This document shows positions 28,657 to 63,731 of a stretch of DNA of 64,000 nt, in pieces; positions within the stretch are counted from its first letter, which is position 1, and every line of letters begins with the position of its first letter. A program made the position numbers and the translations under genes. The stretch covers positions 512,001 to 576,000 of the forward strand of contig CBDBCZ010000016.1 of NCBI GenBank assembly GCA_965203295.1. Direction: 5' to 3'. Origin of the DNA: Nitrospirales bacterium (GTDB lineage: Bacteria > Nitrospirota > Nitrospiria > Nitrospirales > UBA8639). The notes below the pieces were generated by a model, which saw nothing but the letters and a program-made list of their open reading frames with translations, was not told where the DNA came from and made no database searches.

Positions 28657-29199
28657 ATGGCTAAGAAATCGTACGGTGCATCAGATGCATGGTACAAGTT
28701 AGTAATTATTGGAGACGGCAATACTGGGAAAACCTGTCTGGTGGAGTGTTTTGCTGGTGGGCAGTTTTGTAGTGTCTACATACCTACCATTGGGGTTGAC
28801 TTCAAAATCCATACAGTTGAGTTAGACGGGTTTAAAATTAAACTTCAGATATGGGATACCACTGGAAACCCCCGGATTAAAGCCATAACATCAGCCTTCT
28901 TCAGGGGAGCACTGGGTATGATAGTAACTTTCAGTGTGACGAAGAAAGAGACATTTCATAACGTTGCACATTGGATACAAGAAGTAAAGCAGTTTGGACC
29001 GCCTGGTGTGAAACTAATCATTGTTGGCACTGGCTGTGATCGCAAAGACAGAGAAGTGGACTATTTCACGGCAAGAGACTTTGCTAATGAGCAGCAACTC
29101 TCTTTCTTTGAAGTGAGTGCAAATGATGGCACCAATGTGGAACTAGCATTTTTGACATTGGTTCAAGAAATTCGGCAATCACTACATATACCATGCTGA
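28657..29199 (+). CDS. Intronless atypical Rab-family small GTPase (Rab1/8/10-like), 180 aa
   Basis: G1 GDGNTGKT, G2/RabF1 PTIGVDFK, RabF2 KLQIWDT, RabF4-like FFRGA, G5-like EVSAN. G3 is DTTGN and G4 is GTGCD, both non-canonical. An alternative in-frame ATG lies at 28648. Confidence 0.85.
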   Translation: MAKKSYGASDAWYKLVIIGDGNTGKTCLVECFAGGQFCSVYIPTIGVDFKIHTVELDGFKIKLQIWDTTGNPRIKAITSAFFRGALGMIVTFSVTKKETFHNVAHWIQEVKQFGPPGVKLIIVGTGCDRKDREVDYFTARDFANEQQLSFFEVSANDGTNVELAFLTLVQEIRQSLHIPC

Positions 29200-30191
29200 T
29201 TACCATAGCTCATGTATGCCAAAATTGGCTAGCCGTCTTTGGTGGCCTTGTATTTTACTGAGCTTGCTCTCATGCATGTAGGAATATTTTTCTTGATTTA
29301 CATGTACTGACTTGATGATGTAGCATGATCGATTATCTCTCCCTCTACTTGTAATACATTTCCATAACTGCTGGACTGCCACAAGCATATTGAGCTAGCC
29401 CCTCTTTTCACCTGCCACACTGGAAAAACACTTTTCCAGTAGAAGCTAGGTGAGAAGAGCTAGGGTCTAGCTTAATAGACAAGGCTGCCGTATATGTGGA
29501 TTAAGGGGGGTGGTAAGTATTAAGTAGGCCTTGATGGATCATTCTCTGTTTGAACCAGGGTTTCAGGGGGCCCTGGGATTCCAGAAATATCATTAAATCC
29601 TGCATGTAGCTCCTCCCTGGTGTGTGAGGACGCAAATTCGACTACTACGCATATTGTTTTAAGGCTACGTAGTAGATGTAACGCAACTACTCTTGGAGAA
29701 GACACCATGAATTTTAATCAGTTCTCTAACAGGAAAGGAACTGTAGAATGGGAAGAAGTATACACAGATACAGTCAAACATGAATTGTAAACAGGCCTGC
29801 ACAAGACTTATTGGAAGTTATGTAGAACACACCTGAGAGTTAGAACACTTCTACACTGTATAACACTTTAGGCTGTGCCTTTGATTTGTGTGGCTACCAT
29901 GCTACAAGTGTATAATAACATAATAATATCTCAACTCTGCACCATACTATTTCACAACAACATGCAATGTAAGGAAATTAGCACTGTGAACAGTAAAGAT
30001 CATAAAGAGGCAATAATAATTTGTGCACCGCACTACTCATTTACAAAACATACTTCAATATGAGCAAAATTTGGTCATAGACTAGCATCCTTGTTCGATA
30101 GATGCCATCTGGACAGCCATCAGGAGCATCCATTCTGTATACACTGGTTCAACATGAGCAAGTAACTTTTCAGTTGGCTATGGGAAGATGT

Positions 30192-30242
<51 letters not shown>

Positions 30243-30559
30243 AAATCCCTCAATGTTGGTGGGGGGGGTACATGTACTACATGTTAGTAAACGTATATTG
30301 GTAGCTACCTTTTCAGCTCCCTTTAAGCCTTTATACCCGATAACAAGCAAAAGCTAAGTTCTCGGATCGTGTATAAAACACGTTCTGGGGTTCGAATCCT
30401 CTTCCACTTTCTGTGAAATCCTGAGAAGAGCGGAGTACATGGGGAAGCCATATTAAGTTGGACCAGGGATCTGAGGGGAGGGGAGGGGAGGGGAACTCAA
30501 CTCAACCATGCAGCTGTTCACTGCATGGTTGAGTTCTCTGAGGAAGAGTGACAGAGTGA

Positions 30560-31175
30560 AGTATGTGGCTCAGAGAAGATTTGTGGCAAAAAAAGATTAG
30601 AATTGCCAAGAACGATCGGTTCAACAGAAAGCATGGCCAGTAGATCGAGCATGAAGCACGGAGAGGACTGAGTGGCTGCGGCATGTGGTAAGGTCTGGGG
30701 GATACGCAGTGAGAGAGAGCTGGCTTGCAACCTGTCAAAACATCAGCGGTGAGGAATGAGAGAGAAGAACTCTTTAAGGGCTCGGCTTCCATGCTTGCCA
30801 GAGAGCAGAGCTTCTGTCCTTAACATTCATAGCACCTTTGATGGTCAGTCCATTGAGACCGTGTGGCAGAGACCTCTGAGGACAGAGATGTCAGAGCCAC
30901 CCGGTGAAGAAGAGTTGTGTGAGGCCACTGGCAAGCGTGAGGAGAGAGAGGCGGCAGGGAGGAAGGGATTCTGTCTGAGATGGTGAAGTATGGTGTGGTA
31001 GAGTGTTTTGACTACATGTTGGGTATGTCTCAGTTGGTGTGGTTTAAAAAGCAAGTACCAACAGAGTGGCGAGATGCTCTAATCATACCAATCCAAAAGA
31101 GAGGAGATTTGTCAGTGTGTGACAATTGGCGGAGCATCAGTCTGCTAGATACAACAGGAAAAATATTCCCCCCTC
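30560..31175 (+). mobile_element. Degenerate non-LTR retrotransposon (RTE/CR1-like) fragment, start of the RT domain
   Basis: VPTEWRDALIIPIQKRGDLSVCDNWRSISLLDTTGKIF matches the LINE RT N-terminal motif; frameshifted. Confidence 0.8.
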
Positions 31176-31415
31176 ATCTATAGATGCGTCTGCAATAAAA
31201 TTAGGCATGCACTTTGAATGTCTGGACCATGGATCATTAAGGAATATGGACAAGTCCCATTCTAGGCCCCCATGGTAAAGCTTGTCTTTTGTAGAAACTC
31301 GTGTTTTAGACTGGGCCCATTTTTCTCACCTGCTGGGCCATGTCCATCAGCTGCCGTGCTGTCTGGTCATTGAGGGAGAAGTTGCTACTTATGATGATCT
31401 GCATGTAAATGTAAA

Positions 31416-31554
<139 letters not shown>

Positions 31555-32872
31555 CAGCATGGCAATAGTGAAACAAAATTCCCTGCTGAGCAAGCACAAC
31601 TTGGCTTAATGGTAACGGGAATCCTATTGTGCTGAACACCAATAGGTATAGTAAAGGTAAGACTGGCGGGGCGCAGACTCGCAGGCCCTTCCAACTGTTC
31701 CCAATACTCCACCAACTTGATGGGAAAAAGGGTGCAGTACATTGCGCAGTGAGCAGCGAGACTATGTGTAACTCGATGTACATGTACAGCTACATGTACT
31801 TGAGTATGACTGTAGACTAACACTTCGCTTTCCAGTGTGACCAGAGCTAGCTAGGGAAGCAAAAGGCACAGCTACAGTTAGAATGCACTGTGAAATGCTA
31901 CGACACTGCTTCCTGTTGGCTTAGAAATCATGTCATGGCTGCCAAGAAGAGGGCTGATTCCAGTTTAAATATGCATATAATGTTGAAATGCATGAAGATG
32001 CTACGACAGGCCTTCCTGATAGCTCTACAATTGATGTAGCCTAAAACTTTTCTCACCCTTCTCAAGGATTCTCAGCCGTCTCTTCCGTGTGCTCGCTGGT
32101 GCACGTCCACTTGGAGGGGTCGTAGTGGGTCAGCTGCCGCACCCAGTCAGCAAAGTGCATCTTCATAGAGGGGGCATTCAACTAATTACATGTATGCTAG
32201 AAGTCTGCACATTCAAATATGTGATATGTGTTGGTTGTCACTTCGCAGGTCACATGTGGTAGATTTACTGTTTTATTACAAACTCAGCATAGTCACAATA
32301 CAGTTACAGATATAGTGCATTATAGTTTTGCCCTCCAGACTCTCCCAGTTGCGGTAACGCCTGTGTCAAAATTCAATCCGTTCTCATTATGATATTCTGG
32401 CATCTCTGGCCCAGACACATGTACATAACTACTGTTTCAACTTGAGGCACAGGTATATGCTGAGCAAGTCTCATGTATTATTCTTAATAGAGCACCCAGA
32501 CTACAGCTCCCAGGTCATTAGCATTGTGTACCTTACAGCTACAAGTGGAGATAAATTATAAGAGCTAATAATCACTAATCAAGTGATGCAAGGTGTGCAT
32601 GAGCTAGCCAAGGCTAATAATTTCTTTCAATATTTGCTGCGGAAATGTGAAAACCAGTCTTTGTGCATAGCCTCTACAGATCCTATTCTTGGGGTAGTTT
32701 TTTCACAATCATGTGGCGAGCAAATGTCTCAGGCGCTGATTTAGAACCTTTATAGCATTTGCTAGACTACGTACAACACAGCAATATACATGTATATTCC
32801 TCCAAAATTTCAAATTTGCACCAACTCTAACTGAATTTCTGCTACAAGCACATGTATTCAAAAGTGATGAAG

Positions 32873-33094
<222 letters not shown>

Positions 33095-34899
33095 CTAGGG
33101 TGTGTACTTCCTCACGGAATCAGCTTGCTTGCTTACGGACCTTGCTCCAAGGCACATAAATGTATGTGTATGTGTATGTGTATGTGTATGTGTGCGCATG
33201 TGTGTGCATGTGTGTGTGAGTGTGTGAGTGAAATGGATGTACATGTTTTACAAATACTCATGCATATTATTTGTCTGTGTCAGTGTACTTACATATGTGC
33301 GAGCGTGTGGTCCACTTACACATATCATCCACAATCCGATATGAACGTTTTTAAGCAAGTAAACTAACTGAAGGAGAATTCATAGACTTAGATTATTCAC
33401 GTCACTATCATTTCTCGGACTGACCAAGGTGAACATTTATCTATGGCAAATGTCTAAGGTTACTGGCAACAACCATAAATAGATTTGGAGGGTCAGGAGC
33501 ACCTACGCCCAGCCAATGCTAGCTTGTTGAGACTATACAGTGTATAAAGAGATACTGCCACACCTGTGGCTTCTACCCTGATACGAACTCTCTTGCTTGT
33601 GTTAGCTGTACACTCTTCTCTTGAATGGTACTCAGACTGGTGCATGACAATGACATTTTTGGAGGCTTAGTCAGATGATTATTCTACAACTTGACCATTT
33701 CATTCTTGGATACAAATGTTGCTTGTAGGCCATTACTCTGCACGATGCGTTTCATTGAATCCTAATCTTGACTTGATTGTGGAGCTACATAGTTGATGGC
33801 TCAAGTAAAGTGTATTTGGAAAGTGAAAGTGCTCAATGCTAATCCACGTGGAGAGAACCCTACAGTCTTTAACAATCAATCTAAGGCTGTCATTGACGGA
33901 GCTGCTTCAGCATGTGGAGCCTATTGTCCTTCTACTGCAGCATCTCACGTAACGTATTCACATCTGAGTCGCAGACAATCAACGAAAGAGATCCTGCAAT
34001 GAACCTGCTATCTGATTGGTCAGGCCATACAATTACTAATGACTAGTATGAGGTATGTATGAACATGCAAGTGGCAATGCTGAGCTGCTTTGCCATTCAC
34101 TTACATGTACGCTAGGCTATGGCTATGAAGAGCTAGGCTGCAGTCCTAGCATGCCTATATCAGTACATCTATATACAGGTTGATTGTAGTCTCCTCTGTA
34201 GCACTGCCGCCACATGCTTCAGGCTGGCAACACTACTAGCTAAATGTCACTTACAAATCACGTGCAGATCATCTCTATCCGTACAGATCGAGCGCAGCGA
34301 GCAAGTTCAACAAACAAGTAGTTGTGTGAGCGATCGAAGCGAGCACAACTACTTGTACTGTCCTGTATAATATACTTCCACATCAAGCCATAGGTCCATA
34401 TAGGATTTTTCTAGCTAGCCAATCGCTTTTTGACTTATATCTACATGTAGCGGGTGTACCGTTGCATGTTTGTAGCTGGTTATGTCTTTCTTGGTGCATG
34501 TCAAAACTAGCCTTATAACCAGGAATAACACACTTTCCCAACTGCATGGCCTGCATGTGTATGAAGGTAGGTCAGAACAAGAAATGGTAGACTTTCTTGT
34601 GCATGACCACTCAATAAAACAGGAATTGTTATATTGACAAGGGGTTTTGCTGTCTGAGTTGCAGAGGAAGTACAAGAATGAAATCAGTGATGTGTCTATA
34701 AATGGTAATACATGTAATTTTTAAACTGAAAATCCAAAATCCAAAAATACAATGTAATCACCATCCATGCATGCAATGTGTTCACAGAATGGAAACTTAA
34801 ACAACCCACCAGTCAATATGACAGTTCTATTTTTGATGTGTGCAGGCTCAGAGTTGAATGATGATAAGATAGGCAACAGCAGAAACCACCTTGCATGTA

Positions 34900-35276
34900 C
34901 CGTATTGTCCCGAGCAAGCGCCCATGGGCGCTTGCAGCTCACGCTAGAAAAATTATGGGTGGGCGCTTACACAGAGGAGCCCTTTGAACTACTCAGTTAC
35001 CACTGTGTAAGGGCCCACCCTCCACTTACTTGTACTGCTTCAGCTACTACCATGAAGCCATTGGAAAGAATGCATGCACTTACCCCTTGTAAAGCTTCAG
35101 TAGTACTCCACAGGAAGCCTAGCCTCTGCTTGACCAGTTAACATATTGCATAGCACGTAATACTGGTATGAATACAAGGTGGGCGCTTACACGGAGGAGA
35201 CTCCCAGACAATAGGCTTATCAAAACTGGGGAGTGGGCGCTTACACAGGGGTGGGCGCTTGCTCGGGACAATACGG
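34900..35276. mobile_element. pogo-like MITE
   Basis: TIRs ccgtattgtcccgagcaagcgccca / tgggcgcttgctcgggacaatacgg; internal gggcgcttacac repeats. Confidence 0.85.
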
Positions 35277-35609
35277 TGTATATATACGAGGGCTTGACTA
35301 ATTCAGTGCATGAGGATCTCATACAATGCAGGACGTTTGACTCTATTGTAGCTTATAAGGACACTGGGGAACGGATTAGTAGCTGAATTCACTCAGTGCA
35401 CCCACCACGAAGATTCGAATCACAACATTCATGTAGCTAGTTAGGAACTGGAATACATGATAAAAGTTTCAAATCTATAGACATGCATCACGTGCACCAG
35501 CACATACAATATCAGAAACAAAGGTAGATTGTATATATCCATACTCATCACACATACATGTACGTATACAGGGTGCAACAATTGTATAAAAAAATAAATA
35601 TAGACGCTA

Positions 35610-38096
35610 TCATCTGAGGTATTCATGCAAGTTGAAATGTTGTTCTACACCACGCTGCTTCAACAATTGAATAGTGTCCTGCAGAAGTGAATTAATGTAC
35701 TTTTTCTGCTCAGTAGTGTAGTGCTCAAAATTACTATCTGAGTGGTTACGATGGAACGATTCTGAAGCCTTCTTGGCTAGTCTTTCGGCAAGAGACTGCT
35801 CATCGTACGTGAACTTCAAGAACTCCAGCATACGTTTCACCTCTTTGACGGGGTCTCTCTTAAGATCTTCGTACCTAACAACCAAGACCGGACGAGCTAA
35901 GGAGCGGGGATCTAGAAACCACTTTTCGATTGTCTTTTTCCATCTGGGACCAATACCATATAAGAAGCCATTCCACTCCGAGCAGTTTCCTGTATGAATG
36001 GATATCAAATATTCATGCAGATTACACAAAAAGGTATACTTTCTGTCTGCTGACCTACAATACCTACACCGCCAGTGTAAGAGGAAAAGGGGGCATATAT
36101 ATAGGCAGTTATTGCTCATCATTCATTATCAAAAGGACTACATGTATACACACATATAATTTCTAAAAGTGGGTCCACTGGTTGTGATGTTTAGATTTTA
36201 CAACACTACCATATTGATAGCCCACCAACTGGTGTGCAGTGTTTCATAATTTAATTATTTAAACACTGCACGTTATTGTAGTACTTCAAGGACAATAATC
36301 AGTAGAGCTCACAATGAACCATCAGCACACTTCTCAGCAACCCATGCAAAGCAGTGTGAACAGCCCTGACTACATAGTCACTGTACCAGAACGTTTTGAT
36401 TAGGTGAATACAGGGAATTATGTATATATGTTAGATTACAGCAAATGGGATCTAACTGACATAGAAACCTGTGGGGAAAATGTTAATTGACTGAGGGCGC
36501 AGCCCGTGGTCAATTATCACTGTTCAAGGGTGAGGGATTGTCTATGTCAGTTAGATCCAGAGAGCAGGCTGTACTGCAAAAGAATTTTTAAGTGGGTGTT
36601 AAGAGAATTATGTACACAGTGATCTAATGACATTAACGCCTAGTGTCTAACCAAGAACTTCAAAGCTTCTATGCTCATTTATTATTCATGAGTGTTCTAT
36701 GGGGCAAGTGTGAGCCAAGTGCATATGTATGTATACCCGGAAGTCTCATGAGATCTCTATTTCCATTTAGACCTATAGTCATGAATAATATCCTTTGAAG
36801 CATGCCTGCTTAATGAGGTATCTAGGTGCCAGGAGGTACATGTTTATATAAATCTTAGATACCTGGCTTTCACAGCTGTCAAAACACTAGGTCTAGACAC
36901 CTCTGTATGGGCATTTCAGACAATAGATACCTCTCATCTCTTTGTCTAACCCTTATTTTAAGCACAGAAGTTCAGGAAAAGATTAAAGAGAAGCCTATGT
37001 AGTGTGTATTGTTTAGTCGCGTACTGGACTAATTTTGAATAGAACGACCAGGTTGTTACCCGATTTTACAGCACGGCAATATTCAATGTTTGATCTGTTC
37101 ACGAACATGCTTACCAAAATATTCTTTGTCGAGGGCATGTATATGGCTGCTGTCCGATTTGCCGTATGGTACTGGAGCATATATGCCATGCTCAGCCTTG
37201 CCTCCAAGCTGTCTCAGCGAGACCACACGGTTCCTTTCGGAAACAAACGTATCAAAAGGGCTACGGATTAGGAGTATGGCAGAACCGTAGAGCGCGTCCT
37301 CGTGATTTCGCTTCTCTATCTGATTCAGATCTCCTTTCCACTGGTAATCTGAAGTGTGCGTCTTTACAACAATCACACTTCCACTGTGAACATACTCCCC
37401 AACGAATCCTTTTCTTATTGCTAGATCACAGTAAATGGCTCCAGTGCAAATCCCACTAGCTTTCTCAATGAGGCTGCGGACCCATGTATTACCTGCGCCC
37501 GGTACGCTCACGAGTGCCACAGGATCTCTTCCTCTGCCATCCATAAAACGGCACTGTGCATTCTTCTTGTCGGAAAAGGGATCAAGTCTAGCCATACTTT
37601 GACAGCGTGAGAAATAGGATCGGTCTGAACGAGAGAGATACTGTGAGCAGAGGCTGTCACTACAGTTTGTGGCAGCAGAGCCCGATACTGCCTGCCGTTT
37701 ATTCACTGAAGGAGGTTCTGCTGTCAAACTATTAATTCCCTCAGTTTGACGAAGGTGACTTTGTAATCTCATTCCCGTAAAATGAGCCTCAGTAGGCAGG
37801 ACAGTTACCACAATCCTTTCTAAAGATTGGTTTGTAAGTTTGTGAGTTACCAGTCCAGAGTCGGTTTTTCTACTGTGCACTGAATGCCAGGGAGTGTTTA
37901 CTCTAATTGATGCCACACTGTCAGAATTCATGGTTGGATTTCGAAGATTTCCATCAGTAAGTGAATACCTTAGGTTGTCTCTGTGTCGGAGTCGCTGTGT
38001 ACTGATGCCACCACTTCTTGTCTTGATTGAAAAATAGACGACAGAGAGCATCGAGAATAAGGAGATGACGGCCAACACTGCAGGCAGCCTTCCCAT
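35610..38096 (-). CDS. WSCD-family Golgi type II membrane sulfotransferase, 2 exons (37115-38096 and 35610-35989), ~453 aa
   Basis: N-terminal TM anchor (LPAVLAVISLFSMLSVVYF), 5'-PSB-like SVPGAGNTWVRSLIE, VVKTH, 3'-PB-like LLIRSPFDTFVSE, and LVVRYEDLK. A phase-1 GT-AG intron joins the two exons in frame. An upstream in-frame ATG lies at 38156. Confidence 0.85.
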
Positions 38097-38686
38097 GTTC
38101 TTGAAGTCTCCAGCCGTAATCAGCACCGGATTGTGTGCCGTTTGTCCATTTGCCAATGAAGGCTTACTCGGTTCGGCCTATTATAGTCTACATGTACGTA
38201 GGAGCAACGGTGGCGGTGTGGGTACAAGACTAATAGGTTCAGCAATGCCAATGACTAAAATTCCGTGGGGTTTTTCCCGGAATGTTGTAATGACCAATCA
38301 GATCACAGGATTTGTAATTAAACTTATTATGCGGAATGCTAGTATCATGACGTATATAAAGTTTTGGCGGAGTATTCAGTATTCCAGGCTCAAGCGTGGT
38401 TGAGAACTAGAAAAGGGTAGCCTCGGCGGGGGGCCATACTTGCAAGAAGGTACGACGCGCACCCACCAAGTTGGTTGGTTGTTCGGCAGATCAGCAGAAA
38501 AGGTTCCAAAAACTAGGGGATTTCTTTGCAAGCAAGAGTTTAGATTTTGGCAGTACAAAGCGGTAGAGGATGCCTCATACCTAATTACATGTGTGCATCA
38601 CAGCTTGTGTACAGTTAAACGTTGGCATGTACTTGCATGCACTGATTTCACATTATTGCTAACTCGGCGGCAGCTCGCCGCTGTCC

Positions 38687-39755
38687 TGTCATGGCAAAAA
38701 TGGTCCTACCCAAAATTTGTCCCAGGGACCAAATCTGGCTGCCATATTTTGTCCGGGACCAAATCTGGCAGCCGTATTTGGTCCTATGGGACAGAATCTT
38801 GCTGCCAGATTTCGTCCTAGGACAGAATGTGGCAGCCAGATTTGGTCCTACTCTACCATATGTGGTCCTACTGCACGGGACCAAATCTGGCAGCCATATT
38901 CTGTCCTAGGACCAAATCTGGCAGCATAATTCTGTCCTAGGGCCAAATCTGGCAGCATAATTCTGTCCTAGGGCCAAATCTGGCAGCATAATTCTGTCCT
39001 AGGGCCAAATCTGGCAGCAAAATTTTGTCCTAAGATCAAACATATTCCATCCCAGGGCCTGTGCATACACAAAATGTAGATAATAGAGCATTATAATTAT
39101 GTATGCATGTATAGTGCGCTTCATGCCAATATGCCCAGAGGTTGGTTCGACATGACAAGACCTCATAATCTGCTGCCTCTCCTCAGAGCTGCGAATGTAC
39201 TTGACTTCGTGAACAACCTGCATCGTACAAGTTTTGAATTTAATGTATGTAAGAGCAAGAAGAGTGGAAGAATGAATGAAGAATGGAAGGAAAAAGGTTT
39301 AGTCAAAACCAAGTGAGAAAAATATAAACATGTCAGAAAAATGAATGCATGGCCTGACAACCAGGATTAGTGTAATAATATAGCGCTACTTTACGACAAT
39401 ATAGCTTCATGAAATACCTTTTTCCCTTTCCTGGCCTTCATGTAGAAGACTTCTCCGTCTCGCACAGCTAAAGTTTCGGCCTTCCTCCGGATAATCCGCT
39501 TAGCATTGCCACTACCATCAGGATAGCGATGTTCCAGGAGATAAACACAGGCTTTGTCGATGAGATCTTCCTCTTCAGGCATGACTACACGCTGCTTCGA
39601 CAATTTCTCCAACTTCTCTTGCAATTCTTTCGCCTGTTCGCACGTTCCAACGCATGCGCAGGGTAGGACCACATACGACGGGGCGGGACCAAATATGACG
39701 CGGTTTTTGGTCCGGCCGGACCGTTTCCGGTCCCCGGACCAAATATTTCGTGACA
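38687..39755 (-). mobile_element. Ginger-like (Gypsy-integrase-type) DNA transposon deletion derivative with ~31-bp subterminal tandem repeats
   Basis: TGTCA...TGACA termini with imperfect TIRs. A spliced ORF remnant (39418-39582 plus ~39108-39217) encodes ...KRIIRRKAETLAVRDGEVFY...IMRSCHVEPTSGHIGMKRTI, an integrase Zn-binding HxxxxxGH motif. Array ggaccaaatctggcagcataattctgtccta at ~38725-39031. TSD not evident. Confidence 0.7.
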
Positions 39756-40299
39756 CCCCTCGCCCATGCATGGTCGCTCGATCAGTAAGTGCGAAGTGAG
39801 GGTTGGGTCGAATTAGTTAACCATTTTATGACGTCAATGCATGGTTAATTAATCATTTATGAGGTAATTATGATGCTTTATGACGTATTTGGTAGGTTGT
39901 TTCAGGGAGTTGTGTGTATCATGGGCTTTTTTTGCTGGGGCCTCCTGGTCTTAGGAGCCAGATGGTCGGGTTCCCGAGACAAGTCATGTTTATTGACAAC
40001 TGTTTCTGCGACATCAGTGCCTGAAATATCATAGAGTACGGTGGCATATCGTCGTTACATTTCAGGTTTTTAAAATACAGCTGACCTTGCCTAGATCATA
40101 GATAGTAGAGTAGAACTCTATTATTCATGCCTAGCTAGATACGATGTTGCAAAATTTAAGCCCATGCAGACATTATACATTTTTAGTGATTGTCTATAAG
40201 ATCAGTATAATTGTTTGTGTATAGGATGTGATCAGGGGTGTAGTAATGACCCTGCCCAATTCACTGCCCACACTAAAGGCTTAATTGGTAGCTTAGTAG

Positions 40300-41265
40300 G
40301 GCCTTGTACGAGTCTCCAAGCAGTTTCTCGGCTGTCTTCACTGCTTTCTCTGCTTCTCCATTGGCTTGTGAGTTGCTGGTCATACGTGTAAGCCCATATG
40401 ACTCAATCTCCTGGGAAGAGTACTATGGTCCATTGTCACTTACCACAGTGGTAGTGATGCCGTGGTGGGAAAAGACAGCCTTCAGTGCAGTCATGATCCC
40501 TGCTAATGTAATTAACTTTAATGTCTGTGGTAATTGACAATGAGCAGCAGTACTCTTCCCAAGAGATGACATGCACAGAATTCGTTGAATCGAGTCAAAC
40601 ACCTGAGGACTCTAGGTGGCATGCGGTCGAGATAAGTAGTACTGAGAAGAGGGAAAGTGGCTTGTGGTCGGTCTCGATAAGAAATTATTTTCCCAGGATG
40701 TAGTCTGAAAACTTCTCACAAGCCCACACGATCGCTAGGGCCTCTTTCTCAATCTAATATCTCTGCTCCGTTTCACTCATGACATGCACGGGATGCATAA
40801 GCTACTTGTTTCCACTCTGAGGGAACTTGTTGCCGCAAGAGAATGGAGGCATCTGCCGAGACTTTGAGAGTGGCTTCAGGGTCACAACAATGCGAGGGCA
40901 GTCGGGTGGGTGAGCTCCATTTTCAGCGTCTTGAACGCTTCGTCCTTAGGTGGGCTCCGTAGCTAGGTCCTCCTGGAGCTAAGTAACTCTCGTAGTGGTT
41001 GCAAGATTTCTGCGATTTTGGGAGTAAAGTTCCCAAGCTGCCCATGAATCTCCGGACCGTTCTGTACAAGTGCTGGGATTCTCCATGCATGGCTAAGATT
41101 ACAGAGGTTTTCTGGGGATCCGGTGTCACACCGTCGTGGTTAATAACATGCCCGAGGCTGTTTCTGCTGAATTCACACGTTTTCCTACTTAGGGTGATGC
41201 CTGGACTCTGGGTTTTCTGCAAGGCTTCATGTAGACGAACCTTAAGCTTACTCTCTTTGTTTAGA
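40300..41265 (-). mobile_element. Degenerate Ty3/Gypsy LTR retrotransposon pol remnant (RT, RNase H, integrase)
   Basis: GITLSRKTCEF...LGHVINHDGVTPDPQKT; EKEALAIVWACEKFSDYILG...ETDHKPL; SDNGP.YSSQE; stops and frameshifts present. Confidence 0.85.
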
Positions 41266-41727
41266 AACGCTCTATCTGGTACACAATGTATGGGTGAGCA
41301 ACAAAATACGCTGATCAACATTAACTATACTGCATTGTGTGTTTCATTTAAGCATGACAATCATATTATAGTGTTGCTCTTTACAAAAACGCCGAAGGAT
41401 TAGAGATTCACAGAGTAGAAGTGTTAGCTTAGTTAACCGTTCTTAACAGGGAGGTGTCCTGGTTTTCCAGGGAGTCCTGCAGGGAGTCTCTCATACAACT
41501 TCGTTCTGAAGATAGTGTTACCCTGGGCTGAAATGTTCACTGAAGCTTTCGAAGTGTGGTAGTATTCTGTCTGACAAGTAACTATTCTGGAAAGATGCAG
41601 ACCAGTCTGTACCGGTTGCTAAATAATACCACTGCAGCCAGCTAACTAGTCACTGAGCTGAATTAGGTATCACAGACATATAATGAATACAAGGTATTCT
41701 GCATCAGAGTATATATAATTATGCGAG

Positions 41728-56285
<14,558 letters not shown>

Positions 56286-56379
56286 TTTAGGTCGCCACAA
56301 AATTCGCGGGCTTGGATTTGATTGGAGCATTTGGTTATTGGTGACCTTGAATCGACCTTTTGCATGCTTCGAGCTAGCC
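56286..56379. promoter_or_regulatory. Putative bidirectional promoter or overlapping 5' UTRs of DDX11 and PGK
   Basis: Divergent ATGs at 56285 (-) and 56380 (+); contains ATTGG (CCAAT-box) motifs. TSSs are not observable from sequence. Confidence 0.6.

Positions 56380-63731
<7,352 letters not shown>

Noticed and set aside
38700..39031. ~31-bp repeat array resembling CRISPR
   Set aside because: No unique spacers, no cas genes and a eukaryotic context; these are transposon subterminal repeats.
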